Positions 28,031-42,200 of a stretch of DNA of 64,000 bases are shown one piece after another. The stretch's first letter is position 1; every line of letters begins with the position of its first letter. Origin of the DNA: Blasia pusilla (Eukaryota); the NCBI GenBank assembly GCA_050084515.1, contig CM114271.1:49104001-49168000 (forward strand). Reading direction: 5' to 3'. The position numbers and the translations under genes are program-made. The notes below the pieces were generated by a model that saw only the letters and a list, made by a program, of their open reading frames with translations, was not told where the DNA came from and made no database searches.

Positions 28031-29055
28031 ATGGCACAGGAATTTCAGGACGAGAAGGAAATGAGGGAAGCGGAGCAGCGGTTACTAGAGGAAGATCCGT
28101 TGCATGACGTGAAGCAGCAAATTGAAAGTGGGGCGGGCTTCCTGAAAACCCAAATGCTATCACCAGGCGCCGGTGTGAGCGAGAAGCTTGCGGACTCTAG
28201 AGTCGGGGAAACTCTGGCTTCGGATAATACATCCAAGCTTGACGATAGCTCGTCCGGCTCTCGGATGGAATGCGAGTCTGCGTCTAGCGATGTGGTGAAG
28301 GGAGATGTTGCGGAGACTTTTGCAGAAGAGTACATAAAAAGTCATAGGGGATCATTGGAAAAAAAGGATGAGGTTGGAATGTCATCTGGAATGGATGAGA
28401 AATCCACGTCCGGAGGCTATGGCAAAGACGACGAGCTGAACGGGGACTCTCAAGATCAGTTCGGAACGAAATTTAAGAAGTTGACTGGAGTGGGCATCCC
28501 TCGAGGAAAGCCCCATTTCAGGATCAGTGCCAGTCATGGCAATCGGGGTCTCAGCAGCGCTGGTCCACGCAGCGGGGGACTCGCTAGAACCGGATCTGGC
28601 GTGCCCGGCGATGCGAAGGGAAGCAACGATTTGAAAGATTTCAGTGCCGCCCTCCTGGAGGGCGATAGCAAGAGTGCCGCCACGCCCCTTCCTGAGACCA
28701 CTGGATCACACGAATCTGGTGCGCCAGATTATAGTCTGGGCACGGGCTTAGATATGAAAGACGCTTACAAATCCACCTTGTCGGATGGATTCTCTGAAGT
28801 CGTTGGGGAGAGGAATGCATTCGCTGAGCAAGCATGTGCTGCGAAGGGCACCAGCGCCGCGAATCCCACTGCTGGAGCGACTGGGAGATCCGCGCCATGA
28901 TCGGAGGTTTCTCCGCGAAAGCTACCAGTGCAAAGGACACCATCGTAGGGAAAGCTGGTGAGTTCAAAGTGGCATTTGTGGAGACAATGAAGGACCAGTC
29001 GCTCCCAACAAAGGAGCCCAAAGCCGACGAAGATTTTAAAAGCGCAGAAGAATAA
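28031..29055 (+). CDS. Hydrophilic LEA/low-temperature-induced-like protein (289-aa ORF; 341 aa if a 1-nt frameshift at 28883-28885 is corrected)
   Basis: Charged, Gly/Ser/Ala-rich ORF; C-terminal repeats FAEQACAAKGT / FSAKATSAKDTIVGKAGE resemble LEA group 3 or LTI65 motifs; ABRE-rich upstream region. Confidence 0.7.
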
Positions 29056-30379
29056 TGGTCGTCAATTCCCAAGTGAAAAGATCTAAATGCATCCTATTGA
29101 AATCCGTTTAGTTTAGTGCTGCACTAAAGGAGATTTATATAGAGTGCTTTCACGAGTTATCGCAAAGCTTATGAGTTTTTTGGCCATTTGAGCTGGCTGT
29201 TTTTGGAGATGCAAGTGCAGATGCTGCGCAATCAATCTTTGAGCCGGCTAACATCTCCTCCAAACCAGCTGGTATGGAGAATTTTTCGGATCGTTCTAGA
29301 ACACGTACGAGATCCGTTACCCCTTGAGGGTTTAATAGTTGTGTAGAATTTTTTGTATTCTAGAGTCTTCGACTGGAGGAATTGATCGTGTAGTACACGG
29401 CACGTAATGAGCTCATGGAACATTTCGTTTTTCCGTATATGTAAAAATTATTGAAGGCGTTTTTTTTCTCCTTTTAAGAATCGAGAAATGTTTAGTGTCT
29501 TCTATATGCTCTTGTCAAGGATTTTCAGCTGTTTCTATCCGTTTTCTGTGCACATATTTCTGAAGAGTTTTCAACTGTTTTTGCTATTTTTCTATGACAC
29601 TCTGATTTGTTTATTTTCGTAGCATAATCATTCAGCCCAATGTTGGCTCCTGCTCCCGTTTGCGTATGTCTTCGTACTGTGTCATAGATGAACATGTGTT
29701 TCTTCCTATAGAGCAAAATGATGTTTGTAAATCGTTTACCATTGAGACGGCCGGGAGTGTGTCCGAGAAAGTATTCTATAAGGAGTTGAGCTGACGAATC
29801 TACAGGGAGACTATCCATTAGGTGTGTCCAAAATGTAGAAGTTATCTTCTGAGGATGAAAGTTGGTTCAGATTTACAGTAGAATACAATTATACTATCCA
29901 TTTTTTTAGACACCTCTTTGTGTGGTACATACAGAAAGTATTGTATAGGGAGTCAAGCTGACGAGTTGAGTCTGTTACGAACGAAGGTGTGTAAATCAGA
30001 CATTTCGTAGGTGGACAGTTCGAATGGAAGATTTTCAGAGTGGAATTGTTTTAATTCTCTGTAAAGCTGGAAAATTAGAGCGTCTGCTTCCAATTGCCAC
30101 GAAGAGTGAAAGAAAAAAATGGATATGGATTCATCTGCCTGTGACGTCCAGATCAGACAGTCCAACACGATGGCAGAGCGGGGCAGACATAACTACTAAA
30201 CGCTTCCTGTTTGCATGAAAATGAAAGGTAGATTCGTTGTATACACCATGTTAAAAGTGCACATTTTTTTCTGTGTGTCTTCAAAATAAGCGACCACATG
30301 AGGATTAATTGATTGCTATCCAGGCTGTATTCATAAAGCAGTGCCTGCCCCACAGCCTTGCAGCTACAGAGCCTGCGGC

Positions 30380-30870
30380 CCAGTTGGACGGTGTTAATGG
30401 CTGAGATGGATGCAGAGTGAGGAAGAAGTGGAGTGGATATAAGAGGAGAGGAGGAAAACTCCAACACATTGAAGCGCTGACCATAAGAGTTGTGGTGTGG
30501 AGCTTCCCCAAGGGTCTAATCAGAAGCTCCTTACAACACTATGTACCTGACTTGATTTAAATCCCAATTACAAGTTACTCACAGGTATAGCAGCTTTGGG
30601 CAGTTGAATTTAGGGATTATAGACCGCTACACCCTGGTTGGATGATGTTCGAGCCTGGGAAGAGTGCAAAGAGAGAAAGTGAAGAAGGTACCATATGAGT
30701 GTCCATATCAGTGCTAATCATGTACGCTGTTGGTGTGGGGCTTCCGAAAATCAACCAATCAGCTCTTTATTACACGGTCTTGTCTACCTTGACTTATTTA
30801 AATTTCGATAAAGGAAACTCACGATTGTAGCAGCTGGGGACAGTGCATTTAGGATTGTGGATTGGTGAAT
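30380..30870 (-). repeat. Diverged ~240-bp tandem duplication of an exon-intron module
   Basis: Two homologous GTGAG...pyrimidine-tract-AG introns (30822-30655, 30582-30401) flank a 72-nt exon that has stops in all frames. Confidence 0.55.
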
Positions 30871-31099
30871 GTGTTGAACAATTCTTGTGCTATGAGAGAG
30901 GACTGCACTCATGAAATGGTGCATGTCGCAGCCTTGCGAAAATGGATTCCGGTTGGACAATGATATATAGAGAGAGGATTAGTTAGAATAGAGAATCGAA
31001 GTGGAATGGAAGGATTAGGTGGTTAAACTATGATATGTAGAGAGAGGATAAGATAGAATAGAGAATGGAAGTGCCAAGGAAGGATTAGGTGATAGACTA

Positions 31100-31670
31100 G
31101 GGTGCGGGTTGTTGATATGTGGGCCCTTACGGACATATAGAGTCCGTGATCGCTGACTTTGTTTGTGTGCAACCTTGACTACCACTTTTCGATATGCATT
31201 CAAACATTTGAAACAAGTGTAAGTAAATATCCCGTATGTAGGAAGTTTTGGCCTTCTTTCTAAACCCCTCGGAAATATATGAATGTGAATGAACTAATCA
31301 ACCAGATTTCCTTGAAATCTTGGCAAATCCAAAAGTGGTGAAATACTCTCAGAATTATGCAAACAACAAAATCAAGAGTTGGAATTTTGATATATGTTTG
31401 AAAGGAGCAAGAAAATTCTCTCTTCTTGCCTTGTGAAACAAAATATTCAATGCAGGCTTAGAGCGCGTCGGCATGGGCTACAACAAGAGCGAAGGGTTCT
31501 CAGATTGAGTGCGCATTCGGGTTGGCCAAGCTCGGATGTACTTTGCGGACGGGGCTAATTGAGGTGCGGGCCGCGGGTACGTACGTCCGCACGAATCCAT
31601 CTTAGGGAGGAATGTAAGTCCATGGACATGGACTTGTTCGCGGACATAGACTTTGTCCGTGTGCAACTTT
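31100..31670 (+). mobile_element. Two partial hAT-type MITE right ends
   Basis: GACTTTGT..GTGTGCAAC(C/T)TT motif ending at ~31177 and ~31670, as in the complete copies elsewhere in the window. Confidence 0.6.
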
Positions 31671-32299
31671 AATTACAAGAGTAGTGTCAAATTCAGGATT
31701 TGAGGCTCAATAATTTGTTTATTGTTATATAGGCATTACACCCGAATACTTCTCTATTCTTAGGTAAGGACAACTAGTGTAGCAATCCCACATGGCTATG
31801 GTTTGTGTAGTAAAGTGGAAACCACATTCTTATTTTAAATATAGCAACAATAGTGATGGCAGTAGTTTTTAAATTGGCCTAGAGCTAAGAAAAAGTGCAC
31901 CCACAACTATTGTGCCGAGAGGAGTGTGACCATGTTTACTAATTATGACAAGTCGTGCATTGTACATAGAGTGTTTGTAAAAAGAATGGAGATAACCTCA
32001 AATAGATATGATCCATCATCGAAGTTTGGTGACACCAAGGGTATGACAACATATTTCAAGAAGTGGTGTAATTTTCCAACTGCAAGAAGAACTACTATAA
32101 CAACTAACATTGGTGCTCACAAGATCAAGTAGATCGCATGGTCACCTATTCCTTGGTTGGAGTTAAACTTTTGAAGACTACATGTTTAAAGCTAACATAT
32201 AATAGGCTATTGACAAAGAAAATATGAAATTGAATGTCTACATTGAATATAACCAGGTGTGTTGCCCAATCACATTTAAAGTGAAGTGATAAGTTCTCA

Positions 32300-34450
32300 T
32301 CAATTCTATCAGAGCTTCATTCAAATGCGATAGTGCACTTTTGGGATGCTACTTCCACACAAAAGTAACTGGCTTGGTATGGGATTTGAGTGTGGAGTGG
32401 ATGCATTAGAATAGACCTAATGAATTTGAATTGACATAGGAGACTATAGGAAAAAGTTTCCAATGCAAGCTAAAGTCATGAACAAGAACATCAGAATTTA
32501 GGTAGATTAATTAGATAGGAAAAATCATGGATAAAAACTTCTAGAGGAGCTACTTTGTTGAGGGACCAAGACTTTTGGTGTAGAGGATTTCGGACAATGG
32601 TAACCACAGAAATGAAAACTTTGAAGTGAACGTGGAGTGAGGAAAACCAAAAAAAAAACATTTTTGACCAGTTTCAATTCTTTGTACACTCTGAATCAGC
32701 AAGCTCATCAACTACTTTGAGGCAGTTCTTATGTTAATCTCCACCAAAGTCCAAGCACAGTCTATGTAGAACTCATCTAAATCACAAACTGAATACAACA
32801 ATTCAAAGATAACATCGGAGAAAAGGCTTAATACATCCTTGTTCTTTTATTTACCACAATGGCATCACTAATGGAGTATACTGGTAGTAAAGCCAATCTT
32901 TCTTTTGGAACTCTCTACTTGAAAGAACTCAACCTTGTGCAACAAAAGCATGTGTATGAAGAAAGGAATTAATAAGTCCGGTCAAGACTAAGATTACCTC
33001 GAAATGCTTCATTTGTGAACAGTGCACATGGAACTGTCAACAACATAACTTCTCAAGGATTGTCACCTTTTTCTTACCTACATCATGGCTCCTATGAAGC
33101 CATGAGTTCATAATTTACAAAAAATAGCTGCAGCTAACTAAGTGATGACTAAATATAAAGAAACAACTAAAAGCATCCTAAAATGTGGATGCAATGGACT
33201 ACAACTACTTATCATCTATTCATATTTGTTGCTTGAAACTCTCTGTAGTTGCAGATATCCTTGAGCCGAGTGAAGGATGATTATCCAGAACTAAGATCAA
33301 CTATTTTGCAGCCCTATGTAATGATTCAAAATTTCCCCTAATCACATTCATCCTATTACACACTATTACAAAACTTTTTTGTCTCACCTTTGGATTGGGT
33401 TGCCACCGTTTCATCCGTTGTTGTCTCTCCAATGAAGTGTGTGAGCCATTAGTAGGATTCTGACGTTGAGGATGAGATATTTGTTGTGCTTGTACATTAG
33501 TGTAGGACTCCAATTGCTACACTAAGCCTTGATCAATATCCTGCCATCGCCAATTGGACTTGTTTGAAACCCAACAACACCCATAGGGCAAGCATTTGGA
33601 AAGAATGAAGTTTAAGATAAACGCATTAGGAGGGAATCGTATAGACAAGGTTACCTTGTGCGAATTCCACTCCATCGACAAACATATTTCTAAGAAAGAA
33701 AATCCCTTATGAATAATAACTATAGAATGAACTAGGTCACATTGTCTAGCTGCTTCAATTTGTGGAGTGTTAAAGGTATATTTTTTACAAAAATGGGTGG
33801 TACCCGTGGATTGAGAGGAGTCCTCATACTTCTGTACATTATAGAGCTGTGAAAATGAACTCATCCTAACCAATTCTGATTCATCATCAGATACATCTAA
33901 CCCTCTCACTAACCCTAGATTAGACGTCTTGCCAAATCTTTCCTTAGCTCTAGTCATGTGCCTCCTCCCTCCTCGAGGAACAATCCTTTCCAACATTGCA
34001 TCGGCTTCACCATCATTTGTGTCTTATGTTTCTTGTGTTGGAAACATCTCCAAATCTCTCTTGAAGAATCTGACAAGTTCCTCATGAATTCGACGGGAAT
34101 AATGGTATATTTGTGAATAACCCCCTTCCATCCTTTGAGGAATATCTTGCCATAAGAAAGATGGCAAGATCAATTCGAGTCTCCTCAAGACAAGATCGTC
34201 CACCAATGGATTTCATTGATCGTTTAGAAAAAACTAATGATTTTTGTTGAGGGCATTCCAAACTTCTCATGGATTCAACCCTTATCCGAAGAAGAAGTTC
34301 TCCACCTCTTGATTTTGGAGGTCTATTGCAATTTTGTGAAATTGCAATAGACCTCCAAAATCAAGAGCTCCCCTCGATAGTACATGTCAATAAAATGAAC
34401 AAGCCATTATCACATCACCCAATCAATTCTTTGTTGCCATGGAATTTTGC
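32300..34450 (-). mobile_element. Highly decayed transposase-like remnant (possibly MULE/SWIM)
   Basis: Chain of broken minus-strand ORFs with only faint motif resemblance. Confidence 0.25.
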
Positions 34451-34509
34451 CATGAACCATCCCATGTACCTTCACTTCAAGGTTATAATTTGATCAAGAG
34501 CTACGATGT

Positions 34510-34800
34510 CTAGGATCTAGGGGTTAGGGTTTAGGATCTAAGGTGTATGGCTTAGGATTTTGGATCTTTGGTATATTGCTTAAGGTTTAGGGTTTGGGGT
34601 TTAGGGTCTAGATTTTAGGGTTTAGGGTCAATGGCTTAAGATTTAGGGTCTATGACTTTAAGTGAAGGTTTAGTGTGTAGGATTTACGATATAGATTTTA
34701 GTGTTTAAGCTCATAATATGGCTTAGGATGTTGTGTGTATGGCTTAGGGTTTAGACACTATAAAGGATATATGGTTTGGGACCTAGCATATCAGGTTTAG
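34510..34800 (+). repeat. Degenerate interstitial telomere-like (TTTAGGG) 7-mer array
   Basis: Repeated GGTTTAG/TTTAGGG units interspersed with variants. Confidence 0.75.
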
Positions 34801-34886
34801 TAAACGCAATTTTCAACTAATGTCCAAAGAAAGGAACATACAATTATGGATGGATTTAAGTTTTTGGCTTGAAATCATCAATTGAT

Positions 34887-35193
34887 CATGGTTGCATAAA
34901 AATGGATATGGACAGAAAAATTTGGATATGTCCATGGATATGGATTGCTGAATGTAAAGCCCATACTTATAGTTCATGGTAGAAGGCAAGGCAAGGGCAA
35001 GCGAGGCAATTAGGGGGAAGGGAGTTGAGGTGGGAGGAGGTAGAAATGAGAAAGTGCAAATCAATGAGGCAAGTGGGGGGATGAGAAAAAAGGGAGATAT
35101 GGGGCCCACATGGATAAATCCTTCTACATGACAAACGTAACTCACGGACATGGACATATCCGTGGACACGGACTTTGTCCATATGCAACCTTG
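34887..35193. mobile_element. hAT-type MITE
   Basis: Ends CATGGTTGCATA...TATGCAACCTTG; 8-bp TSD CAATTGAT/CAATTGAA. Confidence 0.85.
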
Positions 35194-38100
35194 CAATTGA
35201 AACCTTGAAGAGTAAGTCCCAAGTTTAGAGATGTGTATACTATCGATTATCAATTCTACTTTTACCGTTTGAGGAGAAATATACCATTAAATCGACATAT
35301 AATATGATTTATTTATTGTAGTGTGTGTTTACGAGTTCATGTAACTTAAAAGATTAAAAATTACAATAATTTCATATAAGATCATGCAATATGTGTAGAT
35401 ATAATTTAAACAACATATATTCTACATTTAGTGTCATCCAAGAAATCAGAGATGATCCAAGGTATTGAATATACAAAGAAACTTTAATTATATTGAATTT
35501 CAAGTATAATGTTAATAAGGTATTTTATGAAATAAAATGATGATTCACAATAAAATTAAAATTTTTAATAAAGATTGAGTAATGATATTGAACAGAATCT
35601 GATAGTACTAGATTAGCGCTAAAGATTATTCTAGACTTCATCAAATTAGCCATATCAATGGGGATACTCACTAGTCACCCTCCATTGCATATGTTGATTC
35701 AAAATTAGCAAAAGAAGCTACCATCGAGCTATGTTAACACGACATCATTTTTCACCAACATTCTTCTCCCATTTTTTTCAATCCCAATTTTGATCTCTTT
35801 TGCTTAGGGCAATGTTTCCTTATCCAAATGTATTCAATGGCCACCAATATTGAATTTTCAAATTATGTTGTGTATTAACTCCAACTAGAACTTGTCCCAT
35901 CGCCATATGATATTTTTTTCTTTCTTGTCTTGGTCTTATTATAACAAAGTTTTTGACATTGAAATCTAACATTTCACATTCTATTTCCTTTATTGGTAAT
36001 ATATCAAATCTTGGCCTTAATCTAATGGGACCATAACCATGATTTGGATTTCAAAGAATTCCATTTGCAAAGATAATAAGAACTTGAATGTTTTGTTTGG
36101 TTTAAGGCCAAAAGTTCTCCAATGTCTCTAAGAACAATGATGCAATGTCACTGGCTATCAACTTACTCTCATTATTCGTACAAGAATCTTTATTTCTTGT
36201 TTCTTAGTCATTTAATTGCATATTTTGTATCTTTTCCTCATGGTTTCTATGAGGAAAAAATCTATCCAATTCCTTAATTTTCTTTCTCCACTACCATGTT
36301 AGTTGGTGGAACTCCACCTTTGTGCTTCCAAAAGACTTTCTTTCCATCTTATCAAAGTAATCAATTTACTAAGCAATATCCAACTACAGATGTAGTAAAT
36401 TAGAATCGATGTCGCTTCTATATTTCATACCATTGATTTTTTTTTGTCTTAGGCCTGATGAAACCTTTCAAGTACTACTTAAGGAATACTTAAAATGTTC
36501 ACTTCACTAAAATCGACACGTCAAGAATGTCTTGAACCAATTGTTGTGCCGTATTTCGTAAAGTGGAAACTACTTTGCAAGATCTTTTAAGGTGTATGCA
36601 TTTTGTTGTTGCAAATTTTTAGATGGAGAAGGAATGATGAACCAGAAGAACCATGGAATCCTTAGGAAATCAATAGTCAAACATCCTATAATATTGGAAA
36701 TAATAACGTATGGACTAGAAACAATAAAAAAAAAGCATAGTTTCTTAACAATGTGAACGAACCGCTCACAAAAATTTCTCACTCATGTTTGACCCTCAAA
36801 TTTTAATATGTAAAGAAAGAAACTGAAAGTAAATGCATGCAGAGCTATAACCATGTGCTGTAAGGGCTCATAGCAATTCGAGGAGGTAGAATCGAAGGCA
36901 CACTTACACGAAAGCCTGTCATGCACAAAGATCTATATTCTTAGTGTCAATCTGACACTTTTGAATCATCCATATACTACTTTTAGATACCTAGATAAAC
37001 TCTATGATGAGATATACATACGAGAGGGATAGAGGTAGTAGAAGAAGATATTGAAAATGAGGCCTATTTATAAAGGTTGTAAAGATAGTAGACGCCAATG
37101 TGAACCTTATGCTTGGGATGGAATCTTATGAGTTGTTCCATTTCCTAATTTGATATGGGTTTCTAAAATTAGAGTTTGATAAGCTTATTTCAAATTCATC
37201 ATTAAAAATAAAAATTGATACATATATGTAATACTTTCTATACAAAAATAAATGCAAGCATCCTTACATGAGCGTTAGCTTATTCATTTTGATATCCCTC
37301 ATTATTATGAGAATATTTTTCGTATTACAACATCTTGGGACAAAACATGTTATAAGACTCATAAAATGAAAATAAATTCAAAAATGATTTTATTTTTTAA
37401 AATATATATTATCTTAATCATATATACTCATTTGTATTATTAATCTAGGGACCTTTCTAATATCTAGTGATAGATATGTAGTACAAAAGATAAGGAGAAA
37501 TATGAATCATGGTTCTTTAGGGATCTATTCCCATTCCTATGTTACTTGCAATAAAAGAGAGAATGATAGTTAATAGTGCATGTGATATCACGGTAATAAA
37601 TGCTCTTCATCAAAAGATATGTAGATTTTATAACAAAAGGTAGCTTGGACATCTAGGCCTTTATGAAATTTTTGTTATTAATTGAAAAAGTAAGGGTTGC
37701 TATGATAAGAAAATATCCATTGAAATAAGTTAAGTTTTTTAAAGAGATATAATAACTCCTTTTGTGAAAAGAACTAAGACTAGTCAATAAACTACATGTG
37801 GTTGTGAATGAATGGAAAATTTCTTGATTTTATGTATATTACAAAATTTACTTGAAAGAAATTACTTATCTAGAAATAACTTTATCAAATAATGAATCCT
37901 CATAACGTGATATAACGCATCTTTTTCCTTTCCAAGAGTTAGAATATTTTATAGGAAATTTTTTTTCTTAAATTTCAGGTGTCTTAACAATTTAATATGA
38001 GTTAATGAGATGAACATACATTGCACATGCATTACTATTTGATTATTAATATAATTTTCTGCTTTCTTTTTTTTCAAAAAATTTAAATACAAGGATTTCT

Positions 38101-39252
38101 CAAAAAATTTAAAATAAAATTATATATTAGTAGTTGTTGTACATCGAGTGAAGAAAGAGAACAATGGATCGATAAGAAAGGATAGAGAGCTTTTTTAGTA
38201 TGTTTGTAAACTTAAATCAGTGGAATGGGTTACAATCATAATACCGTGTAAATACGTCTACTTATATGCGGTTAAAAAGGGTTCCTTTTAAGCCTTTCCA
38301 TTAATGCCCTACAAGAAATCCTATAGAAAATAAAAAGTGTCATGAAGAATTGCTCCCAAGGAATGAAAACTCTTAGCAAGAGGATAAATTTATTAATTGT
38401 CCCATTCCAATGGTTCGCAATAATGATTGAAAATAAATTGTGAATCTGATGAGAAATTCTAAAAAAGAATCTTACAAAATAAAGGCATAGATCAGCCTTG
38501 TTGCAAGTACTCTTTTACCTACCAAGGAACATAATCTTTATTGATAAACAAAAAAGAAACATAACAAAATAAGGGATGGACCATGGGGGTTTGGGGAAAA
38601 TAAGGACATAAATACAAGGAAGCCCTGTCCAAGCTAAATGAGAAGAAAAAAAAACATAAGGGGTCAACCCCCTAAAATAATATCACCAACAAAGAAAATA
38701 ATATGAATGACAACTACAAAAGTATGAAACTTTGGTGTTTGGGAGGAAATTGATTTGATTTAAACAAGATACGGTCAATCTAGCCCAAAAAACTATATTT
38801 CTTTTTACCCAAAGTTCATTTTCTTATAATCCCCTATTTTTCGCGACTCTCATAGCCAAACGTGTGTGGATGCGGAACTTCAAAACTCTAGTAAGTTCTC
38901 ACTAGGAGGGATGCGCGTCGAAGAAGTCTCTTGAAGGAGACACAAGATGTGAGAGGCAAGCAAGGCTAGGCGCTTCAAGTGATGAGGGTCATAACCCAAT
39001 AAATTGGGACCAAAAGCAAAGCAAGACTTGAGAGGAGCTTAAGTCTCATAAAAGTTTGTTGCCAACAGGATTTGGAACTTCACTAGCATTTGAGGGTTTT
39101 TACGGTATTTAAGGTCATGCTGACCAGACTCAATGTGCATTAGGGATGAATAAGGTGGCATTGGAAAGCTTATGCCAAGAAGATTATAACACACCAAAGA
39201 TCTAGACAAACCCAAGAACACATATCAAGAAAATGCCCCTCAACTATCATAT

Positions 39253-39262
39253 TGGTATCAGA
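39253..39262 (+). other. tRNA-iMet-type primer-binding site of a decayed LTR retrotransposon
   Basis: TGGTATCAGA amid degraded retroelement-like sequence; LTR boundaries not resolved. Confidence 0.4.
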
Positions 39263-42200
39263 TTGGTAGTTGGGCTAAGGATCAAAATGAGTGGCCCAAG
39301 AGGACTTTCCCAAAGGTGTGAAGGGAGTGGAGATCTCTAGAACTATACAATAGGGGGAGGGTCTCTAGGGGGTGTTTAGAACCTCAACTCTACTTTAGAG
39401 AGCCGCGATCCAACTTCTACTCAATTCAACCTTAAGATAAACTGAGCATATATCCCATTTCTAAAGTCTCAAATAACATTCTTGTAAGATGTTCTCACAC
39501 TTTCCTTCAATCACCTACAAGAACAACCCTCACAAACAAGTCCAAGTCCTAAAATTCTTCCATGCAAAGTCAACTTTGAGTAATGCCATCAATTATTGTA
39601 GACAAAGTGAAATTTAGGCTAAAATTGGATGGTTAGTTTAACTTATAAACTTGTGTGGAAGTTGGCTATTATCCATGGGTTAAAGGAATATGAGTATCCC
39701 GAGTGGTCACTAGCTTATCATCCAACTTTCTTTGGTAACATGATGGCAAGGAAAGAGAGCACATCAATATGACTTACTTCAACAAGAAAGAAGAAATGTC
39801 TCCCTTCTATAGAAACTATGGTGCATCCTAGTGTAATCCATTGATGTTGTTTTGGCACAATGTCACGTGGTATCCTCCTTACCACTTTTTTGAACGCATA
39901 GAAATTTCCTTTCCTAGAGTAGAATAATTTAGCTACATTGTTAGTGAAAAAATTTGGGGCTCTCCATGGAGAGATCACAAGTTTGTCTCTAAATTGTTAA
40001 GGAATTTTCCAAGAGAACATGCTATTTTTAAGTTCTTAAGAAGGGAACCATATCAATTCTTAGGGTCCTATCATCTTCCCTCATGACTACTTGTAGCCCA
40101 CTCATTTATTTATTTTGAACATAGCCTTGGTCTAATTTAAAATTTTATCTTGAAGAGAGATTTCACATGAATGGTAGTTGGTTTTCAAAACCATCGAGAG
40201 TGTATACATTTCCAAAATATTCAACTTTCTAGTTTAAGGATATTGAGTTAATCTTGCAATAAAATATGAGTGTTACAATTATTCATATTTCTTGTTACTT
40301 TCTAGATTAAAATTTCTGTCCGTCCTTTTGATGGTCAAAGCGTTTTCTTTTTTCACAATTTCGTAACGTTTATCGTAGTGCCCTGACCTTATGGAAATAT
40401 GATCATCTCATAGTCTACGAATACCGTATGCCCCATCCAATATGGACAGTGGTACCTTCTGGGTGGCGTATGAGTTGTCGAATTCAGTATGATTTCGTTT
40501 GGTAGTTTCTTGTATTTCTAATTTTAATTATTCATTGAAATCCATCTGTAGAACAAAATACTCTTTGGCGTCGGTGGTATGTCTTCGAGATTCCAATAAT
40601 TGACGTTCTTATCCTTTTTCTATGGCTTAGATTCTTTACCATACACATGCAATACGTACGGGTTCCTGTAATCCAAACAATTATCACGAAACAACATCGT
40701 GATAAAAAGCGTAATAATTAATAGTAACTCTTTTTTCAATCTTATCTTTTGGACACCGTCGTGGACACATTCAAAGATTACTGGTGACCAATCCAAGTAA
40801 AGGCGGCGACTCAACAAGCTTGGAAGGACAAGATATCAAGTATATACGAAAGTCGAATTCTCGATAAGACGTAGAGACGCACACGACTTCTATGCGTTCC
40901 TTGCGAGCACGAGAAAGGAAACTTCGCACGCTTTCCACGTTTGTTTTTATGACTTGTGATGAAGTCCGAGTCAAACGAGCTGGGGGTGAGACTTCGATGA
41001 TTTTCAACAGAAGTAAATCCTCAAATTCAGTACATTTGTAAATTGCTCGGAGAAATATCTCACCGTGTTTGATTTGACGAGAACGTTCCCTGATACATTT
41101 GAGGTTGGGACCGGTTAATTGGGAGAAAGGAAAAATCATGAAAAATACACGGGAGAAAATAAAATTGTTAATCAACAAGCGTTCTTAACTTCATTAGACC
41201 TACAAACTAGAGTTAATGCACAACACCTTCATGGTTTAATTTTCGTCTTACAAAAGTTATGAATATTAATAATTAATTCTTAAATTTTATCGTACCAAAG
41301 AATCTAAACCCTACTGTGGTAAGTAAGTATCAATGAGAGGTTGGTCACACCAAGTAAGATACATGCAAGGAGTTCAACCAATAAGTCCAAGTCCATCGCA
41401 CATGGTAGTCGTCCATGTAGTTTGGTGACACAAAAAGAAGGCAATGTCTAGGGAGAACCGGGGTTATGTATCGAGCTAGCCGGAAGAATTTTAAAATTAC
41501 CGATTCAATTTTTCAATCACCAGCCAATTACCGACGGAATACATAGACTCTCCTTTGTATTTGTATCTAGCCGGCATGAATCACGAAATTTCTAAATTTT
41601 ACCCTTCCTTTTTTTACAAACCGTAATTGTTCTCATGAAAAAACTCTCCGGACCCTAAAAGAAAGGAGGCTTGGATTGACAAAACTAGTTCATTTTTTGG
41701 GTCCACAAACGCTTAATGCAAAAATATTGAATGGGCTCCAAGCATCTAGGATAACCAACAAAGAAGTCTAGATCAAAAGTGGACGCGGTATTTGAGCATG
41801 GGCTACGAGGCAATTCAAACCAGACAGTGGAGAGAAAATATCATAAATTTGGTGTGTTATTCACGTAATCAATTGTAAATTGACCTGAAGAATGGAGAAA
41901 TGAACTTTGATTGAAGTTGTTAAGAGAAACCCAGGAAGTATAGAGGTTAATTTTTTTTTTAATCAAAGGAAAACAAGAAATTTTTATGCAAGGGGGCATG
42001 AATGAGGAGCAAGAGTGCGTTATGCATGTTGAGATGTGGTTTCATAGCCCAATTTCTCTATGTTTCCCAGAGGAATTTTGGACTTGCATGTGATCTGAAT
42101 TTGCGGGTTGTACTTTTATTTTATGGAAAGTTTTCCTGTCTCACTATCCTCTCAATGAAGTATATTTACTTCTTTGTTTCTTGCACTCTTTTGCATGTAG

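Noticed and set aside
30470-30760. miR159/319-like or snoRNA candidates (GGAGCTTCCC)
   Set aside because: No complementary arm or convincing C/D box pair found
40400-41180. 135-aa ORF, possible foreign or organellar insert
   Set aside because: No recognisable motif
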